Part shown: positions 32,397 to 43,139 of the stretch, in pieces
Numbering within the stretch: the first letter of the stretch is position 1
Layout: each line of letters starts with the position of its first letter
Assembly (NCBI GenBank): GCA_965261005.1
Contig: OZ253375.1
Span: 320,001-384,000, forward strand
Source of the DNA: Deinococcus sp.
GTDB taxonomy: Bacteria > Deinococcota > Deinococci > Deinococcales > Deinococcaceae
DNA length: 64,000 nt
Direction: 5' to 3'
The notes under the pieces: model-generated
The model's database searches: none
Seen by the model: only the letters and a program-made list of their open reading frames with translations
What the model was told of the DNA's origin: nothing
Program-made: the position numbers and the translations under genes

Positions 32397-33965
32397 ATGA
32401 AGACCTTGCTGGAGCCGCTTGCCCCCTTCGCGGGCCGGCCGGTGCTGCTCGGCCTGTCCGGCGGCGCCGACTCGGTGGGCCTGCTGCGCGCCTTGCTGGA
32501 GGTGGGGGCGCGGGTCACGGCGGCCCACCTCGACCACGGGTTGCGGCCCGACTCCGCCGGGGACGCGGTTTGGGTGACGGCCCTGTGCGCCGAGCTGGGC
32601 GTGCCGCTCGAATTGGGCGCGGCGGACGTGGCGCGCGTGGCGCGGGCGCGGGGCGCGTCCCTGGAAGCCGCCGCCCGCACGGTGCGCTACGGCTTTTTGA
32701 CGCGGGCGGCGCGTGGCAGCGGCAGCGAGGCCGTGCTGACCGCCCACACGCGCGGCGACCAGGCCGAGACCGTGCTGCACCAATTGCTGCGCGGCGAGCA
32801 CGCCCTCACCGGCATTGCGGCGCGGCGCGGCCGGGTAGCGCGTCCCTGGCTGAACGCCGAACGGGCGGACATTGAAGCTTGGCTGCGCGAGCTGAACCAA
32901 CCTTGGCTGAGCGACCCCAGCAACGCGGACCCGCGCTTTACCCGCAATTGGCTGCGCGCCGAGGTGCTGCCCCTGCTCAGGTCGCGCTTTCCGGGGCTGA
33001 ACGCCTCCCTCGCCCGCCACGCCGCCCTGCAAAGCGAGGACGAGGCGCTGCTGAGCAGCTTGGCCGACGCCATGCCCCCCCACGCCAACCTGCGCCGCGA
33101 GCCGCCGGCGGTGCTGCGCCGCTGGGTGGCGGGCCGGCTCAACGCGGCTCAGCTGGACTTCCACGCCGAACACGTCCAGCGTCTGACGCGGGCGCTGACG
33201 GTGGGGGAGACGCTTCACGTCAGCTTGCCGGGGGGGCGCGAGGTGAGCGCCACGGGAGGGCGGCTGCACCTGGAGCCGGCGGAGTGGCCGCGGCCCGACT
33301 TTCCCACCCCCGACAGTTGGACCCTGCGCCACCGCCAAGACGGCGACCGCATCCGACTGTCTGGAGGCGAGCGCAAGCTCTCGGACGTGTTGACCGACAG
33401 GAAGGTGCCTAGAGGGGAGCGTGACCGCTTGTGGCTGCTGGCCGAGGGCGAGCAGGTCCGCTGGCTGGGCCTCGATCCGCCGCTGTGGGCGCATGGCTTC
33501 GGCGAAAACGTCCAGCCTTGGCACCGCGAGATGGGGGAGGCGCTTTCGGAGGCTCGCAAAGCTTTTGACTCGGGCGAGGTGCCGGTGGGGGCCGTGGTGC
33601 TTTGCGGCGGCGAGGTGGTTGCGCGGGCGCACAACACCTCGCGCGCGGCCGGGGACATGACCCAACATGCCGAACTCAACGCCCTACGACAAGCGGCGGC
33701 CACCCTGAACACCCCTTACCTGACCGGCTGCACCCTGCTGGTCACGCTCGAACCCTGCCCGATGTGCTACGGCGCCGCTCTTGAGGCCCGGGTGGGGCGG
33801 GTGGTCTACGGCGCGCCCAACCCCAAGCAGGGCGCCCTGGGGGGCGTGGCCGACTTGTCGCGCCTGAACTGGGGCGGGGGGCCGGAGATCGTGGCCGGCG
33901 TGCGGGCGCGCGAGGCGGCGCGGCTGCTGGGGGACTTTTTCGAGGGGCGCCGAGCCACTTCATAG
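32397..33965 (+). CDS. tilS: tRNA(Ile)-lysidine synthetase fused to a C-terminal TadA-like deaminase
   Basis: [26 protein letters not shown], then [18 protein letters not shown]. Confidence 0.92.
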   Translation: MKTLLEPLAPFAGRPVLLGLSGGADSVGLLRALLEVGARVTAAHLDHGLRPDSAGDAVWVTALCAELGVPLELGAADVARVARARGASLEAAARTVRYGFLTRAARGSGSEAVLTAHTRGDQAETVLHQLLRGEHALTGIAARRGRVARPWLNAERADIEAWLRELNQPWLSDPSNADPRFTRNWLRAEVLPLLRSRFPGLNASLARHAALQSEDEALLSSLADAMPPHANLRREPPAVLRRWVAGRLNAAQLDFHAEHVQRLTRALTVGETLHVSLPGGREVSATGGRLHLEPAEWPRPDFPTPDSWTLRHRQDGDRIRLSGGERKLSDVLTDRKVPRGERDRLWLLAEGEQVRWLGLDPPLWAHGFGENVQPWHREMGEALSEARKAFDSGEVPVGAVVLCGGEVVARAHNTSRAAGDMTQHAELNALRQAAATLNTPYLTGCTLLVTLEPCPMCYGAALEARVGRVVYGAPNPKQGALGGVADLSRLNWGGGPEIVAGVRAREAARLLGDFFEGRRATS

Positions 33966-34646
33966 GATGCGCTTGGGTAAAAATTGAAGGGCGTCGGCCG
34001 CCACCAGGTAGGTCGGCACGCCCCCCCAAGACTGCAAGCTGCGCTCCGGCGGCACGCCGTGCAGGTGGCCGTACACCACGGCGTCCGGCCGCGCCCCCTC
34101 GATCAGCTCGGTGAAGCCGCTCGCCGCGAAGCCCGGCCCGTTGGGCGGGTAGTGCAGCATCAGGACGGTCCTGGTCGCCTTCAGGGCGCGCGCCGCCGCC
34201 AGCGCGAGGCGCAGGCGCTCCAACTCGCGGCGGTAGATCTTCTCGTCCTCTGGCCCGAAGCCCTCGCTGTGCGGCGTCGCCCAGCCGCGCGTCCCGCACA
34301 CCGCGACGTCGCCGAAGCGCAGCGCGTCGTTTTGCACCGCGAACATGCCCGGCGGCAGGGCGGCGCGCAGCCTGGAGATGGACGGCCACCAATAGTCGTG
34401 GTTGCCGCGCGAGATCACCTTGTGCCCCGGCAAAGCCGCCACCTGCCGCAAATCGAACAGGGCGTCCTCCAGCTTCATGGCCCACGACAAGTCCCCCGGC
34501 AGCAGCACCAGGTCGTCCTCACGCACTACCTCGCGCCAGCGCTCGAAGATAATCTGCGGGTGACCTTGCCAATGCCGCCCGAACACCGTCATGGGCTTGG
34601 GATGAACCCCGGACAGGTGCAAGTCGGCGATGGCGTAGACCTTCAT
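33960..34646 (-). CDS. Calcineurin-like metallophosphoesterase
   Basis: IADLH, PGDLSW, GNHD, HYPP, YGHLH. Confidence 0.9.
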   Translation of the reverse strand: MKVYAIADLHLSGVHPKPMTVFGRHWQGHPQIIFERWREVVREDDLVLLPGDLSWAMKLEDALFDLRQVAALPGHKVISRGNHDYWWPSISRLRAALPPGMFAVQNDALRFGDVAVCGTRGWATPHSEGFGPEDEKIYRRELERLRLALAAARALKATRTVLMLHYPPNGPGFAASGFTELIEGARPDAVVYGHLHGVPPERSLQSWGGVPTYLVAADALQFLPKRIL

Positions 34647-34697
34647 GCGCGAAGCCCTCCTTCTAAAAAGCAGCGCAGCCTAAAAAGCAGTGCAGCG

Positions 34698-34723
34698 AAA
34701 AAACGGCCCCCGAACGGGAGCCG
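34698..34723 (-). terminator. Terminator after tRNA-Pro
   Basis: CGGCTCCCG..GGGGGCCG hairpin followed by TTTTTT on the minus strand. Confidence 0.7.
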
Positions 34724-34731
34724 CTGCTGTG

Positions 34732-34809
<78 letters not shown>

Positions 34810-34878
34810 AACCACGCCGTCCGGGGCCGGATTAGCCCCTTCGTGCGGAAGGTAGTCTATCCACGCCGCCCTTTGTCG

Positions 34879-35328
34879 TCAAGCGCTTTCCTCGTCCGGC
34901 CCTTCCAAACCGGCCAGAACTTTCCAGATCACGTCGCTTCCGAAGCCGCGCCGCGCCAGGAAGCCGAAGGCGCTGGCCCTGGGGTTCTTCGCGCGCGCCC
35001 ACTTGTCGCGGTACTTTTCGACCAAGCGCGCGGCCTCGGCCACGTCACGCGCCCCGTCGCGCCCGGCCAGCACCTGCTCAGCGACGTCGCGCGCCACGCC
35101 GCGCCGCGCCAGCTCCGAGCGAACGCGCAGGGGGCCGACCCCGCGCTTCTCGCCGGTGGCGCGCGCCAGCGCCTCGTCGTTCAGGTAGCCGAGTTCACGC
35201 AGCCGCGCCAGCACCTGCTCCGCCTCCGGCCCAGCCACGCCGCGCTTTGCAAGGCGCTCGCGCAGCTCGCGCTCGCTGAGGGCGCGCTGCGACAGCGCCC
35301 GGAAGGCGTACTGCATGGCGTCCGACAT
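34879..35328 (-). CDS. recX: Regulatory protein RecX
   Basis: [48 protein letters not shown]. Confidence 0.9.
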   Translation of the reverse strand: MSDAMQYAFRALSQRALSERELRERLAKRGVAGPEAEQVLARLRELGYLNDEALARATGEKRGVGPLRVRSELARRGVARDVAEQVLAGRDGARDVAEAARLVEKYRDKWARAKNPRASAFGFLARRGFGSDVIWKVLAGLEGPDEESA

Positions 35329-35507
35329 GGCTCAAGTTTACCTTGCCTTTTGTCCCGCCCACCCTGTAGACTTCCAAAGTTGCCCACCGCGTGGTGGGCG
35401 GCCCGCCCAGCCTGACAAGAGGTTTGGCGGCGCGCGGTCAGATATGGCCGTCGCTCGCGTTCCGCCCCCATGCGGGACCGCCCCGCCCAGCGGGAGAAAG
35501 GATCAGC

Positions 35508-35801
35508 ATGGCCCTGCGCCACAAGTCGGCCCAAAAGCGTCACCGCCAAAGCCTCAAGCGGAGGATGCGCAACCGCAGCAAGAAGTCCACCATCAAGACC
35601 TTTACCAAAAAGGCCATTGAGGCCGCCAACACCGGCGCTCAGGACGCCGTGAGCTTGCAGCGTCAGGCCGAGAGCCTGATCGACAAGGCGGCCAAGGGTT
35701 CGACCCTGCACAAAAACGCCGCCGCGCGCAAAAAGAGCCGCCTCGCCAAGCAGCTCAACAAGCTGAACGCGGCGCAGACCGGGCAAAGCGCGCCACAGTA
35801 A
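35508..35801 (+). CDS. rpsT: 30S ribosomal protein S20
   Basis: [53 protein letters not shown]. Confidence 0.97.
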   Translation: MALRHKSAQKRHRQSLKRRMRNRSKKSTIKTFTKKAIEAANTGAQDAVSLQRQAESLIDKAAKGSTLHKNAAARKKSRLAKQLNKLNAAQTGQSAPQ

Positions 35802-35815
35802 GCCGAGCTGCACTC

Positions 35816-35841
35816 AGGGCGGGCTTCGGCCCGCCTCTTTC
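35816..35841 (+). terminator. rpsT terminator
   Basis: GGCGGGC-TTCG-GCCCGCC stem followed by TCTTT. Confidence 0.8.
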
Positions 35842-35845
35842 GTAT

Positions 35846-36229
35846 TTATGGCTGAAATCCCGGCCCGCTGCGGTCCTCCGCGATTTCTAGCCGCCCGGTG
35901 AAGTGGTCGAGCAGCACCTGAAGCTTGTAAAAGCCGGGGGTTCCCTTCGCCTGCAAGTTCAGGCTGTACTTGCCCTTGACGCACTCCTGACCGTCAATGC
36001 GCGTCCCGTCCGGCCGGAACAGCAAGAAGGTCGCCGCACCTGACCGGGTCGTGCAGGTGCCCATCAACTTGAGCGAGCCGCTGGTGTCCGCCAACTGATA
36101 GCTGTAGACGTTTTGGCCCTGGGCGTTGTACATCCAAACGGGTGTCAGGGACAGGTAACCCAGGCGCAGGCCGAAAAAGGAGGTCAAGGCGACCAGCCCC
36201 ACGATCAAGACGATAATGGCCCAACGCAT
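35846..36229 (-). CDS. Membrane-anchored hypothetical protein
   Basis: N-terminal TM segment, beta-rich domain with two Cys; fills the gap between rpsT and bshA. Confidence 0.65.
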   Translation of the reverse strand: MRWAIIVLIVGLVALTSFFGLRLGYLSLTPVWMYNAQGQNVYSYQLADTSGSLKLMGTCTTRSGAATFLLFRPDGTRIDGQECVKGKYSLNLQAKGTPGFYKLQVLLDHFTGRLEIAEDRSGPGFQP

Positions 36230-36348
36230 ATAGGTTCAGTGTACGTTCGTTTATGGCCTCTTAACAAGTCATTCACGAGCTTGTCTGTGGACCGCAATCG
36301 TAGCTTTGCCCCGTTCCAACGGCCGCGCGCCCCTTAAACTCTCTCCCT

Positions 36349-37467
36349 GTGCGAATAGCCGTGTTGTGTCACGCCAGCGCCGGCGGCTCGGGGGTGGTGG
36401 CGACCGAACTGGGGCTGCTGGTCGCCGCGAGCGGCCACGAGGTCCATTTCGTGGGGTCGTCACAGCCGTTCCGCCTGTCCGGCCGCGCCAACCGCGACGG
36501 GCCGTACTTTCACCAGGTGGGCAGCTACGCCTACGCCCTGTTCGAGCAACCCTTTCCCGAGCTGGCCGAGACCAACGCGCTGACCGAGGTGATTCTGGAA
36601 CACGGCATCCAGCTCACCCACGCCCACTACGCCATTCCGCACGCCAGCAGCGCCATTCACGCGCGCACCATCACCGGGCGCGGCAAGGTCATGACGACGT
36701 TGCACGGCACCGACGTGACGCTGGTGGGCCTCGACCCGACCTTTCGCCACTCGACCCGGGACGCCATCGAGCGCTCGGACGCGGTCACGGCGGTGTCGCA
36801 CTTTCTGGCTCAGCAGACCCGCGAGGTGTTTGGGACCGACAAGCCCATAGAGGTTATCCACAACTTCGTGGACACGGCGCGCTTCGTGCCGAATGCCGAC
36901 CCGGCCGTGCGCGCCCGCTTCGCTGGGCCGGACGAGGCCATCCTGGTTCACGTCAGCAACTTTCGCCCGGTCAAGCGCACGGCGGACGTGGTGGAGGTCT
37001 TCGCCCGCGTGAGCGCGGAGCTGCCCGCCCGCCTGCTGATGATCGGCGACGGCCCCGAGCGCACCCTCGCCGCGCAGCGCGCCGCCGAGCTGGGCGTATT
37101 GGGCCGCACCCACTTCCTCGGCAGCTTCCCGGACGTGGAGACGGTGCTGGGCGTCGCCGACCTATTTTTGCTGCCCAGCGCCAAGGAGAGTTTCGGCCTG
37201 GTCGCGCTGGAGGCCATGAGCTGCGAGGTGCCGGTGGTCGCCAGCGACATCGGCGGCATTCCAGAGGTGGTCGAGCGGGGCGTCAGCGGTGATCTGTGCG
37301 CGCTGGGCGACATGGACGGCATGGCGCACGCCGCGCTGGAGATTCTCAAGGACCCGGAAAAGAAAAGGTGCATGGGCGAGGCTGCGAGGAAGCGGGCCGT
37401 CGAACACTTTCATCCTGATTTGATCGTGCCCCAGTATTTGGAGGCGTACCAAAGACTTCTGGATTAG
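36349..37467 (+). CDS. bshA: N-acetyl-alpha-D-glucosaminyl L-malate synthase BshA
   Basis: [46 protein letters not shown]. Confidence 0.95.
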   Translation: MRIAVLCHASAGGSGVVATELGLLVAASGHEVHFVGSSQPFRLSGRANRDGPYFHQVGSYAYALFEQPFPELAETNALTEVILEHGIQLTHAHYAIPHASSAIHARTITGRGKVMTTLHGTDVTLVGLDPTFRHSTRDAIERSDAVTAVSHFLAQQTREVFGTDKPIEVIHNFVDTARFVPNADPAVRARFAGPDEAILVHVSNFRPVKRTADVVEVFARVSAELPARLLMIGDGPERTLAAQRAAELGVLGRTHFLGSFPDVETVLGVADLFLLPSAKESFGLVALEAMSCEVPVVASDIGGIPEVVERGVSGDLCALGDMDGMAHAALEILKDPEKKRCMGEAARKRAVEHFHPDLIVPQYLEAYQRLLD

Positions 37468-38021
37468 CGCGGCGTCAGCGCCAGATCGCTTGCTCCCGGC
37501 GTGACGCTCACCTTCGGCGCCTTGCCCGGCACTATGGCCAGCACATTCCAACCCTCATTCAGCCTCGCCTCGAAGCCGCGCGCCGCCGTCACGGTCGCCG
37601 CGTCCTTGACGAACACCAGCGCCACCGCCGCCTTGCCAAGCTGGGGCCGTAACTCCGTGACAGCCTCGTTCTCGTCGCGCCGATTGTTGCCGTTGGCGTC
37701 CCCGTAGAGAAACAGCCGCAGCTCGCCCGCCTGAACGCCGCCCGACACGCTCACGTCGCCGCTCAGCCCCGGCCAGGTCAGGGCGTCGGAACGCAGCGGC
37801 CACAGCGCCGGCCCGCTCGGCGGCGCGTCGGGGACGTTCAAGGCGAAGTGGTCTGCTTTCAGTGGCGCGCTCGCCACCTCGCTGATCGCCCGCCCGGAGG
37901 CGTCCAGCAGCCAGGCGCCCACCCGCGCCCCCGCCGGCAGCTCGCCCGACACGCTGCCACTCAGGGACAGCGCGCCGGCAGTACTGGAGAGCAGGAGGAC
38001 GGTGAACCAGGCGCGCGTCAT
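37464..38021 (-). CDS. Secreted hypothetical protein
   Basis: Signal peptide; [14 protein letters not shown]a-binding-like loop; GWN C-terminal motif. Confidence 0.7.
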   Translation of the reverse strand: MTRAWFTVLLLSSTAGALSLSGSVSGELPAGARVGAWLLDASGRAISEVASAPLKADHFALNVPDAPPSGPALWPLRSDALTWPGLSGDVSVSGGVQAGELRLFLYGDANGNNRRDENEAVTELRPQLGKAAVALVFVKDAATVTAARGFEARLNEGWNVLAIVPGKAPKVSVTPGASDLALTPR

Positions 38022-38052
38022 GGTCTCACGGTCAGTGAAGCGCCGTCGGCCG

Positions 38053-39003
38053 TCACTTCGCCGCGAGCTGAAAGGGCAGAGGCTGGCCCTTTGGCGCCGA
38101 CCAGGTGCCGGAAAAGGTCTTGTCGTTCAGCTTGCCCTTGAAGGTGCCGGACTGGGTGGCGCTGTTCTCGGCGTTGTCGAAGGCGTACTCCTTGAGCGTC
38201 GCGCTACCATCTTTGCCCACGGTTCCGACGATGTACAGTCGGTCTTGGAGTGGGACGGGCTTGTCCTTGTCATAGAAGTAGGTGCCCCACAGCCACTTGC
38301 CGCTACGGCGCAGCTGCATGTTGACCTTCAGGTTCTTGCTGATGGTGCCAGCAAAGGGCTTGTTGTAGTTCGGCCCCCTCGGGTCCTTGAGGTCCGGGCT
38401 GGAGGCGTTGGCGAGAATGACGCTTTCGATAGGATAATCAATGCCATTCATAACATACAGACCCTGTTTGTAGACCCATTTAATACCACCACTCCAAAAA
38501 TACCCATTGACGTTATAAGACAATGGAATGGACTTTTCAGTAAGTGGTTCGTGCTTTACAACGATAATATCATCAAAAAATTTTTTATCAGGAGCGTTCA
38601 CAAAAGAGGAAAAGGAACCACCATAGCAGTCCCCCTTAAATGGATTCGGATCACAACCTGGACGAGTGATAAGTTCTACGTCATACCCTGAGGCGTATCT
38701 TTTCTTACTAGGTCCATTGACAGAAAAATTAAACCACCTTCTCCATATTGAGCTTTTTTTCATTTCTGGTAGAGTTTCACTCCTAAGCGGTGTTCTGGCC
38801 GTAAGGTAAGGAATAGGGCCACCTATATTTTCATCTTCCAGCTCTTCGTTCAAAAGGCGCCTTATATCTGGCGTTGTATCAGGATTGGACTGTTTTGCGT
38901 TATACAGTTGGGCTATCGGTTCGGGTTGCTTCCAAGTAGTAAATTGAGTACTGGCCGATGTATTTGTAATCAGTACGACAAGAACTGCGGTTCCAAATTT
39001 CAT
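38053..39003 (-). CDS. Secreted hypothetical protein, putative immunity partner of the DUF4157 toxin
   Basis: ATG overlaps the toxin stop (ATGA); signal peptide MKFGTAVLVVLITNTSA; AT-rich N-terminal two-thirds and GC-rich C-terminal beta module. Confidence 0.7.
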   Translation of the reverse strand: MKFGTAVLVVLITNTSASTQFTTWKQPEPIAQLYNAKQSNPDTTPDIRRLLNEELEDENIGGPIPYLTARTPLRSETLPEMKKSSIWRRWFNFSVNGPSKKRYASGYDVELITRPGCDPNPFKGDCYGGSFSSFVNAPDKKFFDDIIVVKHEPLTEKSIPLSYNVNGYFWSGGIKWVYKQGLYVMNGIDYPIESVILANASSPDLKDPRGPNYNKPFAGTISKNLKVNMQLRRSGKWLWGTYFYDKDKPVPLQDRLYIVGTVGKDGSATLKEYAFDNAENSATQSGTFKGKLNDKTFSGTWSAPKGQPLPFQLAAK

Positions 39004-42000
39004 CGCCTCTTCACCTGCCACGTTTTGGGTAACCTTGCGTAGGCAAGCGGTGGATGATTAGTGGAAACTACTTCTTCTACAGACAAGGTGCCCCGCGAGT
39101 TTATACCGTCATAAACAGCAAGACCACCTACTTTAAACAAGTTTCCCGGAAGAGGTTGGTCTAGTATTTCGAAACGTTTACGCTTATCAAGGTACACTTT
39201 GTAGTGATTCCCTGCCACCTGTCCACCTCCGACGTAGATGGCGACATGACCATACTGCTTGGGCACGTCCCAGAAGAGGATGTCGCCGGGCTGAAGGTCG
39301 TCCACGCCGGTGTAAGGATGCGTCAGCCCCTGTTGCTCGAAAGCGGCCTTGGTCTGCAAAGCCGAGCCGCCGAAGAGGCCCCGCACCTTCGTGGAACTCG
39401 TCGAGAGCGCCATGTCTTTTTGACCGAGTGCGTGTTCCACCACTTGCCGGGTCCACTTCGAGCAATGGTAGGCAATGTGTTCTGACCACCCCGCCTCTAC
39501 CCCTTCTTGAGCCGTCTTCGCAATCAGCGCTCCCAGTTCCGAAGCTTGCTTCGGTTCCTCTTGGCCCGGCGCTTGCTCTTGGGCCAACAAGTCGAGTGGC
39601 TTCAAGCGTTCATTGAGAGTGCTGGCCGCTTGACCCATGCCCTCCGCATAGTCCAGCCCGTTGATGACCCGCCGTGCCTGCACGAAGTCCTGTTGCTGTG
39701 CGTTGATGTAGGTGCCCAATTTCTTACTCGTGAATACCCCGTCCCGCATCCCCTCGGCTATCACTTTGGCCGCTAAGTCGCGGTTCGCGCTCAGCTGGTC
39801 GGGATTGTCTTTGAGAGAGCCGTCCAAAGCGTAATTCTGATTGGAAAGGCGGTCATCCCACTTCTCATAGTTATCTTTCCACGTCACCTGAGCGAAGCCG
39901 CGACCTCTGTACTTGTAGCCGTCGCCAGCTTGGGTATTGCCTTGCTGACGCGCGTTTTCCGGCCTGCCCCCGTTCGGGCCATACAGGCGCTCGAAGTAGC
40001 TGTAGTTGCCCAGCTCCTGCATGTTCAGCCCAAAGTTGCTTTCGTGCGCCGCCGTCACCAGCACGTAGGCGATCTGCCCTTTGTCGGTGATGCCCGCGTT
40101 CAAGCAGGCTTGCAGAATGCGCCGAGCGTCCTCGCGGTAGCGCGGCTTCTCGGCTAACTTGGAGTCAACGCGCGACGCGCCGTACTTGTCCGGGTCGTGC
40201 TTCATCGCGTCCGGGAGCGCAGCCAACACCGCGTCCAGAAACGCCTCCGACACGTTGCCCGTCTGCCGTGGCGCTTGGGTCGAGAGCAAAAGGGCGTAGC
40301 TGGTGTCCCCACCCGCCCAGCTGCCACTGAGTTCCATCTCCCCCTTGAGGGTCAGCGCCAGCGTCCGGCTTTGCCCCTTGTTCTTGCCGCTCGCATACGT
40401 CAGCGTCAGGTTCAGCTGGTCCCCGTCCTGCTGCCCCGCACAGCTGCCCGTGCCCAGCGTGCCGAGGGTGAAGCGCCCGTCCACTTGACCACCGTTCCCC
40501 TTGAGTCGCAGGCTCAGGTCGCTGCCCGCCAAGGTGCCGCCATACGTCCGTTCCCACGTGGGCAAAGGTGCCGGGGCTGGGGGCGCTTTGGGTGCAGCGT
40601 GAACCTCCGAGAGCGTGAAGCTGAAGGGGTGCTGCTTTGCAGTGGTCGCGTTGGTCCAAGTGCCGCTCAGCGTTTCACCGCCCTTGCCCGTGAAGCTCCC
40701 CCGGAAGCTGCCGGTGACCTTGCCCCGCTCGTCGCGCTCGGTCAGCGTGACGCTCTTGTGCTGGGGTTCGATCTCGCCCTCGACGGTGAGCCAAGCGCTT
40801 TGACCGTGGTACTGATAGCGGCCGTGCAGCGTGTTCCCGCTGCGCCGCAAGCTGAGCGCGACGCTGACGCCAGCCACGTTGCCCACGAAGTCCCGGTACC
40901 ACGTCACCTCGGGTGTCGGCGCTGCCAGACGCTGCACGGTTTTAGGCGTGTGAAGTCCGGCTTGAAAGTGCGCCTCCACGCTTTGTCTTCTCCGCTCAAA
41001 ACGCGCCAGGAACTCGGGCGTTTTGGCTTGCCGAGCGAACGTCTTGCCCGCGTCCCGCGCCTCGTGCTCTAACCCAGCGTCAGGGTCAATGCCCTTGCCC
41101 GTGACCTTCCCCTGAGCTTGCTGCCAGGTGTGGGTGACCTCATGGGCCAACAGCTCTTGGCCCTCGGCGCTCTCGGTGTCCAGCTTGCCCTGCTGAAAGA
41201 AGATGTTCGTTCCGACCGTCGCCGCGATGGCCTGAACAGACTTGGCAAAGCTGTGAGCGCTGGAGTCAGCGTGGACTCGGACAGCTTGCAAGTGTTCTCT
41301 CGGGATGTTCAGCCCCACTTCCAGTTGTCGTTGCACCGCGAGAGGCAGGGGTTGGCCGCTTCCCCTCGGAATCGCTTGGGGAGCAACGCTTGCTTCCTCC
41401 GTCAGCTTCCGTTGCAAGGCGTGCAGCTCCAACGCCTTCCGATCCTGCGCTTGGAACTGCTGATGTTCGCTTTCTGCCTCGTCAAGCGCCCGTTGTACCA
41501 AAGGACGCTCACTCGCCGGCAAGCGTTGCAGGACGACCCGCGCCACCTGCTTCCCGTTTGGCTGACGCTGTACTACGGCCAAGCTCTGCCCCAACTCAGC
41601 GTAGCGCTGAGTGGCAAGGTCGGTTCGGAAGCGCTGCGCCAAGTCCTGCGTCGCCCGCCCCTAAATGGTCGGCCAGGCGGACATGGCGACGAAGCCGCTG
41701 TGCTGGTCCGCTTGCCGCTGCAAGGCAACGGACTCGTGGACGTAGCGCTGGGCATGGTCGGCGTAAGAGGGCTGTGATCTCGTGGGACCAGTGAAGACGG
41801 CGGGCAAAGCCGGTACCTGGCTTTGCTCGGCCTGGCGTTGTAGGGCGGCTTGCAGGGCATCAGGAGGCAGCCCCTCGCTCAGCGCCTCGATCTGACGTTG
41901 CAAGGCCAGCTGCAATTGCTGACGCTGCAAGACCAAGGTGCGTTGCACCTGAGCGGCTTCGAAGACCGGGGTAACGCTCGAACGCTGGGCGACGTCTGGT

Positions 42001-42155
42001 GTTGCGAAGAACTGCTGGTAACGCTCAAGGGTGCGCTGTTGCAGATCAAGCTGGACGGCCGCCTGATTCGGAACAGGCAGCGGGGGCACATACGTGACCT
42101 GTGGCGCTGCGCCCGACCGCTGCTGACCTTGCTTGCGCTCTTCGTACTCAGACAT
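39000..42155 (-). pseudogene. DUF4157 (eCIS core domain) protein with GH19-like and NlpC/P60 domains; one in-frame TAG at 41661-41663
   Basis: GQPLP..VRVH..QAIAATVGTNIFF..LLAHEVTHTWQQ (DUF4157); AHESN..GNTQAGDGYKYRGRGFAQVTWKDNY..ARRVING (GH19-like); HCSKW..LQPGDILFW..GHVAIYVG (NlpC/P60); ORFs 41661-42155 and 39000-41642 are in frame. Confidence 0.8.
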
Positions 42156-42160
42156 GACTC

Positions 42161-42189
42161 ATTCTAAAGGCTTTCCCGAACGTTCGGGA
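42161..42189 (-). promoter_or_regulatory. Leaderless promoter with a perfect 16-bp palindrome
   Basis: TAGAAT 5 nt before ATG 42155; TCCCGAACGTTCGGGA at 42174-42189. Confidence 0.6.
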
Positions 42190-42246
42190 CGCATTTACCT
42201 CTGCAAGTCCACCGCGCCGCCGCTAGTGTTCGGACAGCGCACCGGC

Positions 42247-42717
42247 TCAGCGCAGGCTGAGGGCGGCCAGCGCCAGCCCGGCCACGCCCAGCGCGCAGCC
42301 GAGGGCGCGCGGCAGGATCACGCCGTCCCAGCGCCGCTGCAAGTCGCGGGCGTCCGGCGGGGTCACGCCGATCAGGGTCGCCGCCGTCTGCCGCCTGTTG
42401 ATGGGGGCCGCTACCCGTAAGTAGGCGCCGAGCTGCACGCCCAGGCCGGCGAGCGCCAAGATGGCGTATCCGCTCGCGGCCGTCCCGAGTCCAGCGCTGA
42501 AGATCAGCGCGGTCGTGGACAATATCCCGGTGACCCCGAAGACCGGCATGCGCGCGTCGCCGTAGCGGTGGAGCCGTCCCATCACGCTGGTCAGGCTGGC
42601 CTCGTCCACCTGTTGCAGCGCTGGGCGCCCGACCGCCGCAAAAAAGGCGTCTGTGCCGTAGACCACCCCGGCGGACAGCAGTCCCGTCACGATCAGCACT
42701 CCGCTCAGGGCCGTCAC
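42247..42717 (-). CDS. DUF1772/anthrone oxygenase-like membrane protein
   Basis: Four hydrophobic segments, PINRR, RRWD..R pattern; GTGA coupling to the upstream gene. Confidence 0.7.
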   Translation of the reverse strand: MTALSGVLIVTGLLSAGVVYGTDAFFAAVGRPALQQVDEASLTSVMGRLHRYGDARMPVFGVTGILSTTALIFSAGLGTAASGYAILALAGLGVQLGAYLRVAAPINRRQTAATLIGVTPPDARDLQRRWDGVILPRALGCALGVAGLALAALSLR

Positions 42718-43139
42718 CTCGCCCCCGCCGTGGGCGCGTTCACCTGCGCCGCGCCCAGTTGCACGAAGAAGTCGAGGGTATTGAGTTCGTCCCAGTATTC
42801 GTGGAGCAGGCCGTCCCTGACGCGCCAGATGTCAATGGAGCGCAGCTCGACCCGCTGCCCGGTTGGCGGGTAACCCATCAGCGGGCGCGTGAAGGTGCCG
42901 GTGTACTTGAAGCGGCCGATCAGGGTGTTGCCGTCCTCGAAGACATCCTCGACCGTCACCGCGAAGTCGAGCAGCGCGGGCACAAAGCCCTCGAAGAACA
43001 CGGCGACCGAGCCGGCCTTGCCGGGGGTGGCGAAGGCGTTGTGGTTGACGTACTCGGGGTGCAGGATTTCGGCGTAGCCTGCCTGGTCGCGTTCGGTGAG
43101 GGACCGGGCAAATTGGTAGGCGAGGTGGGCGTGGGACAT
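42714..43139 (-). CDS. SnoaL-like ester cyclase (NTF2 fold)
   Basis: YTGTFTRPLMGYPPTGQRV..IWRVRDGLLHEYW; AAGGAG RBS. Confidence 0.85.
   Translation of the reverse strand: MSHAHLAYQFARSLTERDQAGYAEILHPEYVNHNAFATPGKAGSVAVFFEGFVPALLDFAVTVEDVFEDGNTLIGRFKYTGTFTRPLMGYPPTGQRVELRSIDIWRVRDGLLHEYWDELNTLDFFVQLGAAQVNAPTAGAR

Noticed and set aside
42174..42189. LexA/SOS box reading of the GAACGTTC palindrome
   Set aside because: Lacks the 4-nt spacer of GAAC-N4-GTTC; kept only as an unknown operator
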